Assembly: GCA_026023565.1 (NCBI GenBank)
Contig: JAPETS010000001.1
Location: 1,612,001 to 1,676,000 of the forward strand
Reading direction: 5' to 3'
DNA: 64,000 nt
Source: Cirrosporium novae-zelandiae
Lineage: Eukaryota
Below the pieces are notes generated by a model. That model saw only the letters and a program-made list of their open reading frames with translations, had not been told where the DNA came from and made no database searches. The position numbers and the translations under genes are program-made. This document shows positions 51,403 to 63,910 of this stretch, piece by piece; within the stretch, counting starts at the first letter, position 1; each line of letters starts with the position of its first letter.

Positions 51403-52332
51403 AGCTATATTCTGGATTTTACCTAGAGGGTGAAGAGAGGGCCAGTAGCAAAATCGTGAGAATCAAATGTCGGTAATAGACAAATCTCCGAACGAAGCAG
51501 CAGTGATGATTATCCTCCTAGCGCACAACATCACCTTGTCTCTGATTAATGCATCAATGAAGATAGAAATGGAAGATGATCTAGCAGACGACACTAAAAT
51601 CTCCATATTCACAGTCATCGTTCCCGGGCCATCCGACCACTTACTAACTATTCTCCGCCGTCTATTTGCAAGGATTAAGATTTGAGAATTAATGGAAGTA
51701 TGCCGGACAGTCATATCAAGCTATCTTGCCCAATATACAAGGGAGCCATTCGCACAATTCAGCGATTCATAGGAACCTAAACTTATCAATAAGTACAGTG
51801 CCAGTCAAAGTCATGGCCAACTGTTCGAAAGTTGGCATAGGGGCTCCGAGCCCTCATGGCTATTCTGATTCCTGAAGACTCGATCTGAATTGTCGATACT
51901 GGGTAGGCCCAGAGAATACAGTAAGATTCATACTGTGAAATGACGTTGATAAATTATCGGGACATGGACATTTTAAGGGATCGTGAAGTAGTGAGACGGC
52001 AGACATGCTGGCGTCAGAACTCCGCTGTAAGAGAAGCATTTCATATCTACCTCCTGCATACAGTAGATAGATCCAAGCCACCAATACCCACCCGATGAAA
52101 ATAAATGGAACCTAAATCCTATCCACCCTCTCCTACATCAAGATGATCAGTTTCCATTCACACTAATCAAAAAACCCTTTACGTCAACAAAATAATGTTC
52201 AAGACCTAATGATTGGAAGACATGCCGCCCACAACGGAGACACTAAACAAATTCCTCTGCTTGGGCCCCAGCCTCTTGATGAAATGAAAAACTCACATCA
52301 AACTACACCTATTGTATTTTCAACAAGTTTCA

Positions 52333-53809
52333 CTAAACTTTATATACAATCTTGAAGGCTGAAATCTTTCTTTCCCGATGAAGCTTGAACCCCTCCGACA
52401 CGGCCTCAAGACCATTCAAGATCTTCGGGGTATTCGGTTTGATGGCGCCAGATATGAGATATTTAGGCAAGTTCTCATAGAACTCCACGGACAATTCATA
52501 ATCTTCTTTGGACGCCTATTATTCATTTACAAGTCAATATAATCTTTATCAAACAACAAATTGGGATTTCATTAAGGGGGGATAATAAGTGGAATAAAGA
52601 TATGAATATGGATAGTGGATAATAGCATACCGGCCATTCATATCCCGTAAGCTTAATCTCCCTATTCAATCCAGTCCAAACCACCACATCAGTAACCCTC
52701 ACCCCTTCCACAACTGCTTCCGTGTTCGTTTTCCCAGGCCTTACCGTACATAGCACTCCCCCCTTGCTGCTGCTCACGGCCTCCGAACCCTTTCGAGAAG
52801 ACTCCTTAGAACCGACCGCATCAAACACGTAGGTGATATCTGGCACGGCCTTCTTGATCTTCTCAACGACATCAGGATCATGGTAATCGAAAACATGCGT
52901 AGAACCTAAACGCTTGCACATGTCAAAGTTATGCGTCGAGCACGTTGTCACGATCGTGAAACCGAACATCGCTGCAATCTGAATGGCATACTGCCCGACA
53001 CTTGCTAAATATCAACAAAATCAGAACTCTCGTTAGCTAAGCTAGTTCATCCGAAACCTTTGGGTTCCTCAGGGATTCTCGTTCCCTTCCTCTCTTCTCT
53101 GTGAAAAACTTACAACTTCCTCCCCAAACAAGCAAACAAACTTCCCTTCCTCTATCAATCCCCAAACTCCCGTTTGAAAAAAGCGCCATCCACGCCGTAT
53201 TCGCTGCCAACGGAATCGTAGCTGCCTCTTCCCCTTTCGTAACATCACCTGGAACTCGGAAACAGAACTCTTCTTCTGCGATTGTGTGGGAGCTGTAAGC
53301 TCCGATTCCTTTTGTTCGGCCTGCGATTGGTATGAGTCAGTTGGTCAGGGGGCATGTGTTTAAGAAAGGATCGGTGATATGCACATACCACCCCAAATTA
53401 GCCCCCCAACTCTCTCTCCAATCTTGAATCTCGTAACTGAATTCCCAACTTCCTGAATGAGGCCGCAGAAATCGCAGCCGAGAACTGCGCCGGGGCCGTA
53501 GCGGCCTGAATCTTGTGATATGACTATTTATATGACCTATCTTAGTGAACTTGATTTTCGTTTTTATTAATGATTGAGAGAAAGTGATTAAGCAGGGGGG
53601 AAAGATTGCATGGGATTGAGATGAGATGTGATATTTCTATCTCACTAACCATCAGTAGGATTCTGGGCCGCGTATTCAACGCGAACGAGAAGCTCGTTGG
53701 ACTTTAAGGGTGGTAGCGTAATGTCTTTTACTTCCATGTTACTAATGCCATCGCCATTGGGTTTTTGTGTCGTCACTAGGGCTCGGGTTGTAGTTGTCGC
53801 TGTAGCCAT
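52333..53809 (-). CDS. MDR-family enoyl reductase / zinc-type alcohol dehydrogenase-like protein (LovC/ToxD-like)
   Basis: Spliced by eye: AAQNPTD, VLGCDFCG, AATIPLAANTAW, LVWGGSSSVGQYAIQ, LGSTHVFDY; four introns; TAG at 52333-52335. Confidence 0.88.
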
Positions 53810-54276
53810 CCTTGTAAGATATTAGATAAGTTAAATAAAGCGATTTAATCTGATGAATAGAAATATCATGATCCGAAAAGAATTAAGATGTTTTCTGTCA
53901 ATCGAGGAGGGTTTTGCTATGTCTTGTGAAAATGATTCTGCTTACAAATGTATCTACGGTCAAGTCCTAAGCCTGCAAAGTATGAAGGAAAGACATAAGT
54001 TTTTTATTCATCCTTCGATCTTTGATCTTGACTGATTGCAATAAATAGAATTTTATTATATTGTACTGTAGACCTATACATATTCTATATCCTTATCTGC
54101 AGGTCTTCTACTCTTCTTGTCTCGCACGTAGCCTAACCACCGGCCTTCATTGTACGCATACACAAGGAATAATCAAATTCGAATATCTTCATCATGCGAC
54201 TAGATAAGTTACATCTTTTATTCCAGTCCAAATCTACTCCACCAATCTTCGGAGAAATACCGCTTATGTAAAACCT

Positions 54277-56742
54277 ATGGATCATCTTCCCCTTCCTTCT
54301 CGGCGTCTTGGACACCCATTTCGAGTTAGGTGTCTCTGCAGCCTCGATGCCTATACTGGGTTGGACTTTCAGACCTTTCCCCAGCAAAACGGCTGGAGGC
54401 TTGAGCCATTGCCTTATGGGAACAAGTTGACTCGTATTGATAATACGGATCCTCCACCCAAAGAGATCTCTGCTTTTCTACAAGCATGGCTCTTTTTTGG
54501 CGTACTCGTGGAAGTCTTTTCCGAAGTCGGGCTCGACTTCAATACCGAAGACTTCATTCTAAGACAGAAAACCGAAGCAATTCTGACGACGGAAGCTCTA
54601 CCAAGCTATTTGCAAAGATGGATCAATGTTGCCGCTCATTGGGATAAATATTCTCGAAAACAACATTTTCTCAAAATACAAGAAATCTTAACCATCGCTT
54701 TAGCCTTTACTTCTGCAAATTTTACTACTAGGATAATATCTAAATTTGATGTAGGTACTCGTCGACTGAAACGTTCAGGAGGACTGGAGAATGATGTTTC
54801 AATCATGGTTCTACATGAGACACTAGACCACGCATCGCGAATTGCACGATTTGGATATCCTTATCGGATTGACTTTGGAGACGACACTTTTTACTCGGAT
54901 TTGCTTGAGAAACACTTGAAAAGCAAGAGATTTTGTCCAAGTGAGATCTCACTATTAAAGCTCACGGGAAACAACACTACCCTTTATCTTGCAAGCTGCC
55001 TGGAGCGGCAATCCTTGAGTCTTGACCATGAAAACTGTACGACGTCCAAATGCGTGGCTCGACAGATCCATGCTGGCTATGCGACCCGGCATTTGGAGTC
55101 CTGCATTGGCTGTGAGTATGGTGATGTTGACAGCCATAAGATATCAAACCTACTTCTCCAAGGAAAATTGCCTGTGGTGAAGCTCATAAGGTCAAAGAAA
55201 GATGGGCAAAAAATCATCATTGAAGTTGTAGCAGATGCACCATATTTTGCTATATCCCACGTCTGGTCAGACGGCCTAGGAAACAAGGATTCTAATTCTC
55301 TTCCGCAGTGTCAGCTTAGGAGGCTATGGAACTTGGCATCTGCTCTCTACGAAAATAGACCCGGGCAAGAACCTCTTTATATTTGTATATGGATTGACAC
55401 TCTCTGTGTGCCGCTAGCGAAAATCAATAAAGCAGGGCATTTGGCTGCTCTAAAAAGGCTACATGAAGCTTTTCAGTCGGCCGATAAAGTCTTGGTCCTT
55501 GATAGTGACCTTCTTCAGACCCCATCATGGTGCAGCCCGGAGGAGAGGCTTCTGAGAATAACTCTTTGTGGCTGGATGAGGAGGCTTTGGACTCTTGAAG
55601 AAGGGGTTCTCGGACAACGTGATCTCCGATTTCAGTTCCAAGATGCTGCTGTCAAGCTTCCAACTTCTTTTGATAGTGTGAATCAAGCCATAGGACTGCT
55701 GACCCTTGCTCTTTACGAACAATTTGTTCCGACTAGAGTTTCGGATCGTATAGTAGCAAGTCCTATCACGGTAGCTAGTGATAGTGACCATGCTTTCTTT
55801 TCCTCCATTTTGACGGCCCTACCCTATCGTTCCACTAGTGTGCAGATTGACGAGACTATTTGCCTATCCCACATCCTGGGGCTTGACGTAAAGTCCCTTC
55901 TGGATTCGAAAGAAAACATCGAGGATCGAATGGCAAAGTTCTTAGATCTGCTAGCTAAAAGCAACAGACATTTGTCTAGCAGGCTGCTCCATACCGAGGA
56001 ACCAAAGTTGCAAACCGATGGACTCCGGTGGGCACCGGCATCACTTCTGTCCCTCAATCCCAGCGATATTTCACATTTGTTAGAAGGGATGAACAAAGAT
56101 AAAACATATTTTGACGCACGAGGGCTCAAGGTTTCCAACCGTGCAGCTTGTATTCTTGATTTTGGCACTAGACCTTTAAAGAAGGCCTTCCTCTTCCGCA
56201 TTGGTAAAGGAATATGGAATGTTGTTGTACCCTATACCGGCAACCAAAGCATCTTTGAAGGGCTGGACCACGACTGGACATCATCTAGCACGCAAATCTT
56301 AAGAACAATGAACCCTTCACGAGACTGGTCTCTTTCCTGGAAACGGCTTTACCTTAAACCGCCTCCTCAGTTGGCGCTGATAGGCAAGAGTCAAGGCTCT
56401 ATAAACGATAATCCTATTGCCGTTGTAGCTCTCGACAACAAGCATGTTCCAAAACAAAAAGGTGACAATATACCACTCCATGCCAGGTACGTCGGCCTCG
56501 GGAAATCCATCCCTCTTTATGTAGTTGACCCTAAAGTTGTTGTCGACTACTCGGACGGTACCAACGCAGAAGAATTTCTAGCTCACTGTGATAAATTTGA
56601 TATCCCGGAGGAGGATAGAATGCCGATTAGTAAATGGAGAGAAAAACTAGATGATGCTTTTACAGGAATTTTTGATGAAGAAGTGTTTTCGGTTGTCGAG
56701 GCGGAAGAAGTAAGTCCAAAGCAGGAATGGCTTATTAAATAA
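54277..56742 (+). CDS. HET-domain protein (intronless)
   Basis: FLQAWLFFG, YFAISHVWSDGLGN..NSLPQCQL, IWIDTLCVP, VLVLD, WMRRLWTLEE, DETICL, RWAPAS. Confidence 0.9.
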   Translation: MDHLPLPSRRLGHPFRVRCLCSLDAYTGLDFQTFPQQNGWRLEPLPYGNKLTRIDNTDPPPKEISAFLQAWLFFGVLVEVFSEVGLDFNTEDFILRQKTEAILTTEALPSYLQRWINVAAHWDKYSRKQHFLKIQEILTIALAFTSANFTTRIISKFDVGTRRLKRSGGLENDVSIMVLHETLDHASRIARFGYPYRIDFGDDTFYSDLLEKHLKSKRFCPSEISLLKLTGNNTTLYLASCLERQSLSLDHENCTTSKCVARQIHAGYATRHLESCIGCEYGDVDSHKISNLLLQGKLPVVKLIRSKKDGQKIIIEVVADAPYFAISHVWSDGLGNKDSNSLPQCQLRRLWNLASALYENRPGQEPLYICIWIDTLCVPLAKINKAGHLAALKRLHEAFQSADKVLVLDSDLLQTPSWCSPEERLLRITLCGWMRRLWTLEEGVLGQRDLRFQFQDAAVKLPTSFDSVNQAIGLLTLALYEQFVPTRVSDRIVASPITVASDSDHAFFSSILTALPYRSTSVQIDETICLSHILGLDVKSLLDSKENIEDRMAKFLDLLAKSNRHLSSRLLHTEEPKLQTDGLRWAPASLLSLNPSDISHLLEGMNKDKTYFDARGLKVSNRAACILDFGTRPLKKAFLFRIGKGIWNVVVPYTGNQSIFEGLDHDWTSSSTQILRTMNPSRDWSLSWKRLYLKPPPQLALIGKSQGSINDNPIAVVALDNKHVPKQKGDNIPLHARYVGLGKSIPLYVVDPKVVVDYSDGTNAEEFLAHCDKFDIPEEDRMPISKWREKLDDAFTGIFDEEVFSVVEAEEVSPKQEWLIK

Positions 56743-56949
56743 ATATTATTTAATATATTGTAAAGGCGTGTTGGATGCTTATGAGGATGGAATATATGAG
56801 TAAACCCTTCGCTTATGCTGAAACCCCGCTCTCAGCCCATGGCCCTATTTGCCTGTCGTCTTAATTCCAGTCAACATACATATTTAATGAGTGCATTTAC
56901 ACGTTGATTTTTATAAAGTTATTTGGTTTTCAACGTCCGTTTTGCTACT

Positions 56950-58992
56950 ATGCCTCTTTGCCAACATTGTCAAAATATTACTCCCTTTAATTTAACAGCT
57001 GATACTCCTAGTACATGGCCCAACGGGAAGCAAACGACCTTGTACGGATACCTGCACCTAAAAGAATACAGTGACCTCAAAACTTCTGCCGAGAAATGCG
57101 AAATGTGCAGGATGCTTCATGAAAATTTGAGGGGTTCTCGTATAAAAACCACTTCAAAGCTTTCACATAGGATAATCCTTCAGAGCATAAGTACAAGGCT
57201 TAACAGGTGGAGCCCATGTCAAGTATCTGCAGTACAAGCGACAGTAAAGCAGTCAAACTTTCATGCCCTCTGCCGCACCTACGCCTTACCAGGTATGCAT
57301 ATCATCCTGGTTTATCTAGACCTAACGTGCTGGAGGAAGCTCTAAGGATAACATGGGATCAAATCGATAGGATCTCCTGCAGCTGAATCCAGGGATATTA
57401 TAGGACAAAAATGTGAATTGGATCCTGGTTCCATTCAAAGCTTTAACATTATTCAATCATGGATCAAAACCTGCTGCGAAGAGCATCGTGAGTGCGAATA
57501 CAGTCTTCTTGATGTTTCGGCCGGAATGCATCACGAATTTCCATCCAGATTAATAGATGTAGGTTCGGAATCTGATAATTCGTGCGCTCTAGTCGAGGGT
57601 GCAAGTTCCCCAGGGGAATATATTACCCTCAGTTACTGCTGGGGAAAAGATCAGCCACTCTGCACCTTGAAAGCCAACGTCAAGGAGCACATGACAGGTA
57701 TTTTGTTGCACAAAATGCCCAAGACTTTGCGAGAAGCCGTTTTAGTGACAAGGAAACTTGGGCTCCGTTATCTTTGGATCGACGCTCTTTGCATTGTGCA
57801 AGATGACAGTGAAGAATGGCGACGCGCAGCCCTACAGATGGGAAATATTTACCAGAACTCTTTCTGCACCATCGCTGCGGCCGGAAGTGCATCTTCTCGC
57901 GATGGTTTATTTATCCCGCGTCATGATATCGATGCTCCTGTGGCTATACCATACGTTCCCGGCCCTAATCAGGTAGCAAAGGGTGAATTTTATATTTACC
58001 CGGCACGTCATACTTTCCCGAAATGTGTGCAAGAGACCACCTGGAACAAGCGTGGGTGGGTATTGCAGGAAAGGATTCTGTCGCGACGAATAATTCTCTT
58101 CGCTGAAGGCCAGACATTTTTCGAATGCCAAAGATCAAGCCAAGGTGAAGATCGGGTTCCTTTGACCGTCTACGGAGCAGACTGGGATTGGTGTTTGCTG
58201 GTGGAAGACTACACCCAACGTGCTCTGACACAGCCTGGAGACAAGCTATATGCGCTCGCAGGTTTGGCCGAGAATATGGCCAGACAACGTGGAAAGCAGT
58301 ATAGCAATGGGATCTGGTGTGAAAATTTACATCTGTACATCCTGTGGTGTAGCAAGCAAGGAATCATGGAGCGCCCCCTTTCCAGAAGAGCCCCGTCGTG
58401 GTCCTGGGCAGCGCTAGACGGGCCGATCTTCTGGGAGCCCTCAATCTTAGAAGCCTCGGCCAGTTGCAAAATCTCCCTATCATCGCCAGCCACCCTCGAA
58501 CCCGAGACGGAAATGTAGTCGCCCACTCTCCTCAATTTCACGGGTTGCTTGAAACCTGTACGTCGTTCTGAAGAAATTCTTGCCTTGGACAATGATGTGT
58601 TGAAATTATATGGGGATAGAGCTTACTTGATCAACCTCGAGACGCATTCAAGTTGCTTCGCACTGCTTGAGAGCGTTGGTTCGGAATCAGATCAGGGGGA
58701 TCAAGGCTTCGTTCAGAAGGTGGGTTGGTGGGCTTTCGACCAGGGCAAGTTGATCGATGGGCCTTTTTACGCTGCGCTGGTGTCCGAGAATAACAACAAT
58801 ACTAATGCCAAATCCTACGACCCGTCGGACGAGCCATCATACAATGCTCTTATTCTGAAACGGGTACCACCTCCGAGCGAACACCATGATCGTTATCATC
58901 ATGATGGTCAATTTAGCAGAGTAGGCATGGGCGAAATCATTAAACGAGATTGGTTCAAAACACGGCAACTAGAGTCGATAACTATTTCTTGA
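56950..58992 (+). CDS. HET-domain protein with one in-frame TAG at 58516-58518 (truncated allele, or recoded/edited gene)
   Basis: LCQHC..SAEKCEMC; intron 57293-57370; YITLSYCWG, LWIDALCIVQD, RGWVLQER, APSWSWA; the same frame continues after the TAG to FSRVGMG. Confidence 0.85.
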
Positions 58993-59269
58993 AAGAAAGA
59001 AAGAGCATATATATATTGTAGTAGAGCTAGTTTGCATGCTTCAGCTAAATAATAGGTGATGAACCATGACATGCTAGAAAGGGCAAAATAATAAGCAAAA
59101 ACAACCTAAAAATAGAATAAATCTAAAATAATATAAAATAACCAACTTGGGTATTTCATTCAAAATATTGGGGGGGGGGGGGGGGGGTGTATCTACTAAC
59201 TAACCACCAACCACTAACCCCTCTTTTATATTTCTCTTTCTCTTTCTCGCTTTTTTGAAGTTTAGGACA

Positions 59270-59640
59270 GTGTTGGTATCCGTTCTCGGAGGCAGCGTCA
59301 TTATTTCCGGCCTGGAAATCTTCAGGTCGGTTAGAGCAGTTCCAAGAACGAATTCGACATCCCTGGCATCAAATTTGTGCGTCCCAGTGCACCACGGCCA
59401 GCGCGATCGCCATTGAAAGAGCATGGTGGTCTTTTTCGAGGTGGGGGAGGGTCGTCTATGATGTTGAGATCTGGCTCCAAATTTCTAAGAGAGAATCCAC
59501 CATCCGTGCTGGCAAGTACCTTTTTTTTTTTTTTTTTTCACGCCTCCTTCCCAAATATATTCTCGTCAAGCAATCTCTGTTCCTCTGGTCATTCAGAGCA
59601 TCTTCTTCTCTCTCCTGCGGTGGGCAATATATATCTATAC
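59270..59640 (-). pseudogene. Frameshifted remnant of a DUF3669-family gene
   Basis: In-order motifs in shifting frames: IDIYCPP..NRDCLTRIYLGRR / FSLRN / MAIALAVVHWDAQI / DARDVEFVLG. Confidence 0.75.
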
Positions 59641-60350
59641 CTTACAAGTCAATAGTAGATATATAAATTTGGGCGAATGTTGAAAGCTTTCGGGAAGTGT
59701 AAATAAATATTTAAGGTATAGATATAAAACTTGGTTAAGGGTTTTTAGAGGGCAGGGCAGCAAGCAAGCAAGCGAACTAATTACTGCGGGTAGTATAAAA
59801 TGGTTTGCCCAAAGGCATGAGCAGTGTGGGGGAGGGGGAGGTGGTATCTGAGCAAAGAGATATATTTGAAACAGAGTGGTTGGTATCCAAGTCATTTTCC
59901 GAATAGATATAGATATATCAATTATCCTTGAGTTTTCCCTACCCCTCTCCCTAACAAAAAAAGGAATGCATAATTTATTTATAACTCCCCTTAGTATATG
60001 AACCAATCTAGCAGATATCATGTCAACTATCTTGCGAGAGAATGCAAGAAGAAATCTAAAGAAGCTTAGAGAAGAAGTTGATCTTATTTCTTATTTTACT
60101 TTCTTTCTTTCCGCGAGGTGGCTTTGGCTTTGGCTTTGGCTTGGCTTATAATGTATGTCAGCCATGTATGTCAGCTCTGTATGCAAAGCTAGGGCGAGGC
60201 AAAGCAAGTATCCCCGAGCCACTCACCCACTCACTACTCGAGTAACTCCGAACAGCTCGCCCGCAACTCGCAGAAAGTTGTGCTTTCGCTTTTGATTTGT
60301 GATATTTTGGATATGTGATTATGTGATTGTATGGTGGTCGTGTTTTTCGA

Positions 60351-60390
60351 GAGTGCCAGAGTGCCAGAGTGCCAGAGTGCCAGAGTACCA
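60351..60390. repeat. (GAGTGCCA)5 tandem repeat (last unit GAGTACCA)
   Basis: Read directly. Confidence 0.9.
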
Positions 60391-60444
60391 GTACTGTGAT
60401 AGGTTCTACTGTAGCGAAGAGAACGGGCAAATAAGGATCAAATC

Positions 60445-60542
60445 TGGAAAAATGACCTGAGAGAGAGAGAGAGAGGCCTTCACATGGAAATTGTTATTCA
60501 AAAAATTCAAAATTGATTTAGTTTCAAGGTCCGAAGGCCTGG
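60445..60542. mobile_element. Degenerate third copy of the foldback element
   Basis: GAAAAATGACCTG(AG)nGAGGCCTT on the left; AAAATTGATTTAGTTTCAAGGTCC on the right. Confidence 0.35.
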
Positions 60543-60929
60543 TGTCAAGTAACGAGCACCGAAACCCGAGTAAAGTTGGAAAAATAACCAACCAACGGCA
60601 AAAACAATCCGCGATCAGAGGTTCGGAGGTTCGGAGGGTGCAAAAATCCCGAGAATGCTCGGGTAGAGTGAGTAAGCAATTAAGTAAAGTTGGGATCTAT
60701 GTAGGCATGGGAATGTTTGTGCGAGATATAGGGCGATATGGATGATGGGATTGGGATGGGATGAAGTTTAGAAAGGAGGAGAAAAGAGAGGGATAATGTA
60801 TATAAAGCGTCTGGGAGCCTTTGCTGCTTTGTTTTTGTTGGATTATCTAAATTCATTCTTATATTATCCATCCATCTATCTATCAATCAAAAGAAGAATA
60901 AAACTTTGGAACTCGATCCCCCCACAAAA

Positions 60930-61966
60930 ATGCCATCCTACTTCATAACCGGCGCCTCTCGAGGCCTGGGTTTCGAATTCCTCCAACAACTCTCCAGCAA
61001 CTCCGAGAATATCGTCATTGGCCTTGCTCGCAACAAGGCTGCAACTGACAAAAAAATTGCGAGTCAGTTCCCTGGGAGGGAGAATGTGTTTATTGTAGAA
61101 GGGGATGTGACAGATTTGGAGGGGTTGGAGGTGAGTGAGATATGTGGATGATGGAGATGGATTGGCTTTTTTTGGTTGTTTGTTTGGGATAAGAAATATG
61201 CTGATTGTGGGATTTTTTGACTGTAATAGAGGGCGGCCAAGGAGACGGAGAAGATTACGGGTGGTGGGTTGGACTATGTGATTGCGAATGCGGCTGTGTC
61301 GTCAAAAGGGGGGAAGACGTTGGGTCAGCTGTAAGAAGATCGGTCGAGATGAGAGTTTTTTTTGAATTTCTAGGGGTACAACGGCTAACATTGGATACTG
61401 TTGCTTTGGCAATAGTGACCTCGTGACCTTGAAGGAGGATCTCATCAACTGCTTTAACGTGAATGTTGTTGGAGTTGCTGCGACGTTTAACGCGTTTCTG
61501 CCTTTGATCAAAAAGGGACAGACCAAAAAGGTCATTACCATTTCCACCGGCTTGGCTGATCTTGATGTCATCAACGACTTCGAGATCGATGTGCATGGCC
61601 CCTACAGCATCAGCAAAGCAGCTACCAACGCCACCGTTGCAAAGTACAATGCCGAGTTTAAACAGGAAGGGATCCTATTCATGGGCATCTCTCCAGGAGT
61701 GGTTGATACTGGCAATTATGCGAACTGTAAGTCCTGCTGAGTGATGATGCTGGTGCTTTCCTGACGTATGTGCAGTAACCCCTGAGGAGGCAGCAGTTGG
61801 TGCTCGTTTGATGAAAAAGCTGATGGAATATAAACCTGATTTCGCCGGACCAATCACACCAGAAGAGTCGGTGAAAAAAGTTATGAATGTGATATGGAAC
61901 TCTAGCATCGAGAAGGGGAGTGGTGGAGCTTTCGTGTCTCATTTCGGTAATAAAACGTGGATCTGA
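60930..61966 (+). CDS. Short-chain dehydrogenase/reductase
   Basis: ITGASRGLG, LDYVIANA, VNVVG, YSISK, ISPGVVDT; three introns; TGA at 61964-61966. Confidence 0.92.
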
Positions 61967-62162
61967 AATTGACAGGCAATCAAAAGGAATGGGGAGCAGA
62001 GCGCGCTCGGCTTGATGACGACCCCAGCAATTGATTGGGTGATTCTGCGATACCTACGTCCCAGAGTCTTTTCAAGAGTTGAGTTAGATATCATGTAGAA
62101 CTTTCATGGTGAAGGATGTACGTCAAAAGAGGCCGAGTTGGATAATTGAATTACCATAGATG

Positions 62163-63910
62163 TTAGATAAATGTGGGTAATATAGCGTTGGTGCTCATTG
62201 CTACCGTCAGCTTCGACGTAAAATCAAGCTCTTGTTCCGTATGCAAGTCATCCTGGATCCAAGCGACCTCGATCATCTCCTGCACAGATATCAGGTTCCC
62301 AACTTTGCGTTGTTGCTGTGTTTTGGATAAAATATCAATGATTTGGGATCTTTGGATATCATCTCGCGCTTCACAGCCAATTACGAATAGCGGAAATGGC
62401 CTTTCACAAGTTTCTAGTTGAGAGAGTAGCATCATTGCATTATCGATAAGCTCCCTAACCTCGCATGATGAACTGGGATGTTTCTGAGCTGCCCTTTTGA
62501 GGTAGACCAAGGTTGCTATACGGTAAAGCTCGGCAATCTTCTCACTTCGAGTTTGTTGTTCACCATCATGGACCTCCATCACCTGCCTCACGTTGATAAG
62601 CCTCAACTCAAGCGACTTCATAGTACGTTCGTGCGTATCAGAAAAATACGACGGGTTAGCAGGGTCAAGAACTATATCGACTACTTGAGAGATGATATCA
62701 AGAATTTCAAGTGAACAACCAAAAATCCCAATAATCTAGATCGGTCAGCTCATACCACAAATCGATCTCTAATAAAGCTTACCAATTCTTTATTTGGTGA
62801 TAATGCTTGTCTGGATTTGATGCTATAATCGGAAACACAGGTAGATTGTGCTACAGTCCGTTGTTTCCAATGACGAAGGCTGAACTTGGATAAAGTATCA
62901 TGGTAATAAACCCAATCCAAAAGAATGGCGGGGTCCCCAATATATATCTTATTCGAGGCATATACCGTCTTCACGATATTCTTTGCACCACACGCGTACC
63001 AAGTCCAAGTGGATGCCGAGTCGGAGTCGGTTGTATCAAATATCTTCCATGTGTATAAATACAGAGCCAGTTGTAAATTGCAAAGGTACGAACCTCATAA
63101 AGACACAACAGCATGCTAGCTGCGACTAGTTGCATTCCTTCCCTAATTCCTATATCATGCTTCATAGATTTCAAAAGAGCTGATAGTGCCTTTGTCTTGA
63201 ACGGTATCGCCCGGGACTGGCCATATAGCTTCAAGGATGATAGGGCGAGTATAGCTTGACGGACGGCGGTTGAGGATGGAGAATCATCCTTAAAGGCCAT
63301 TCTTGAAAGTAGACTGCCGAATGCAGTTGTTCGGCTATCGGGTGAGGTCAGCATATGTGAAATGACACTCTCATCTGCAACAAGTCATTAGTGTTCCGGT
63401 ACCAGTCAAGAGGACATCCTTACAGTACAATATCAGATTCTCTTCATGCCCGCCAAGTATTGAGAGATCCCGGGGTATGGGTTGCGGGAGGTTTCGAGGC
63501 TTCAAAGATGCCCATTTATCCAAGGTCGAGGCCGCTGCAGGTAAAATGTTTAGAGTCTGGCTAACCTGGGAGTCGGATATTCACATACTGCCAATTCCAA
63601 TGGTGGAGAGTTCATTATACAAGGCAATATCCCAAAACGATGAATTCAAGAACCGGAAGCCCGGGGTCCTGTTCGAACAGTCCACGGGAACCTTGACAAC
63701 CACAGCACGTCTCCGGTCGCCCTCATGTGGCCAGGAGAGGCGGAGACCATAACCTTGACATTTGCGCTTTGATCGAGCGCAATTTCCGCAACTTGGAAGG
63801 GCCTGATCGCAGCGAATTTTACGATCTATTGAGGAGCTCAGCTAGATGCAACAACAGATATATTTGTCATGGACCATCTTGCCTCTGCAGGTCCAGCATC
63901 CTTTACTCAT
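62163..63910 (-). CDS. Zn(II)2Cys6 transcription factor with Fungal_trans_2-type C-terminal domain
   Basis: MSKGCWTCRDRKIRCDQALPSCGNCARSKRKCQGYGLRLSW after removing GC-AG intron 63826-63882; AILALSS, LLCLYE, WVYYHD, PLFVIGCEA. Confidence 0.9.

Noticed and set aside
51503..51545. GTGATGA..CTGA downstream of IF3
   Set aside because: Too short for a C/D snoRNA
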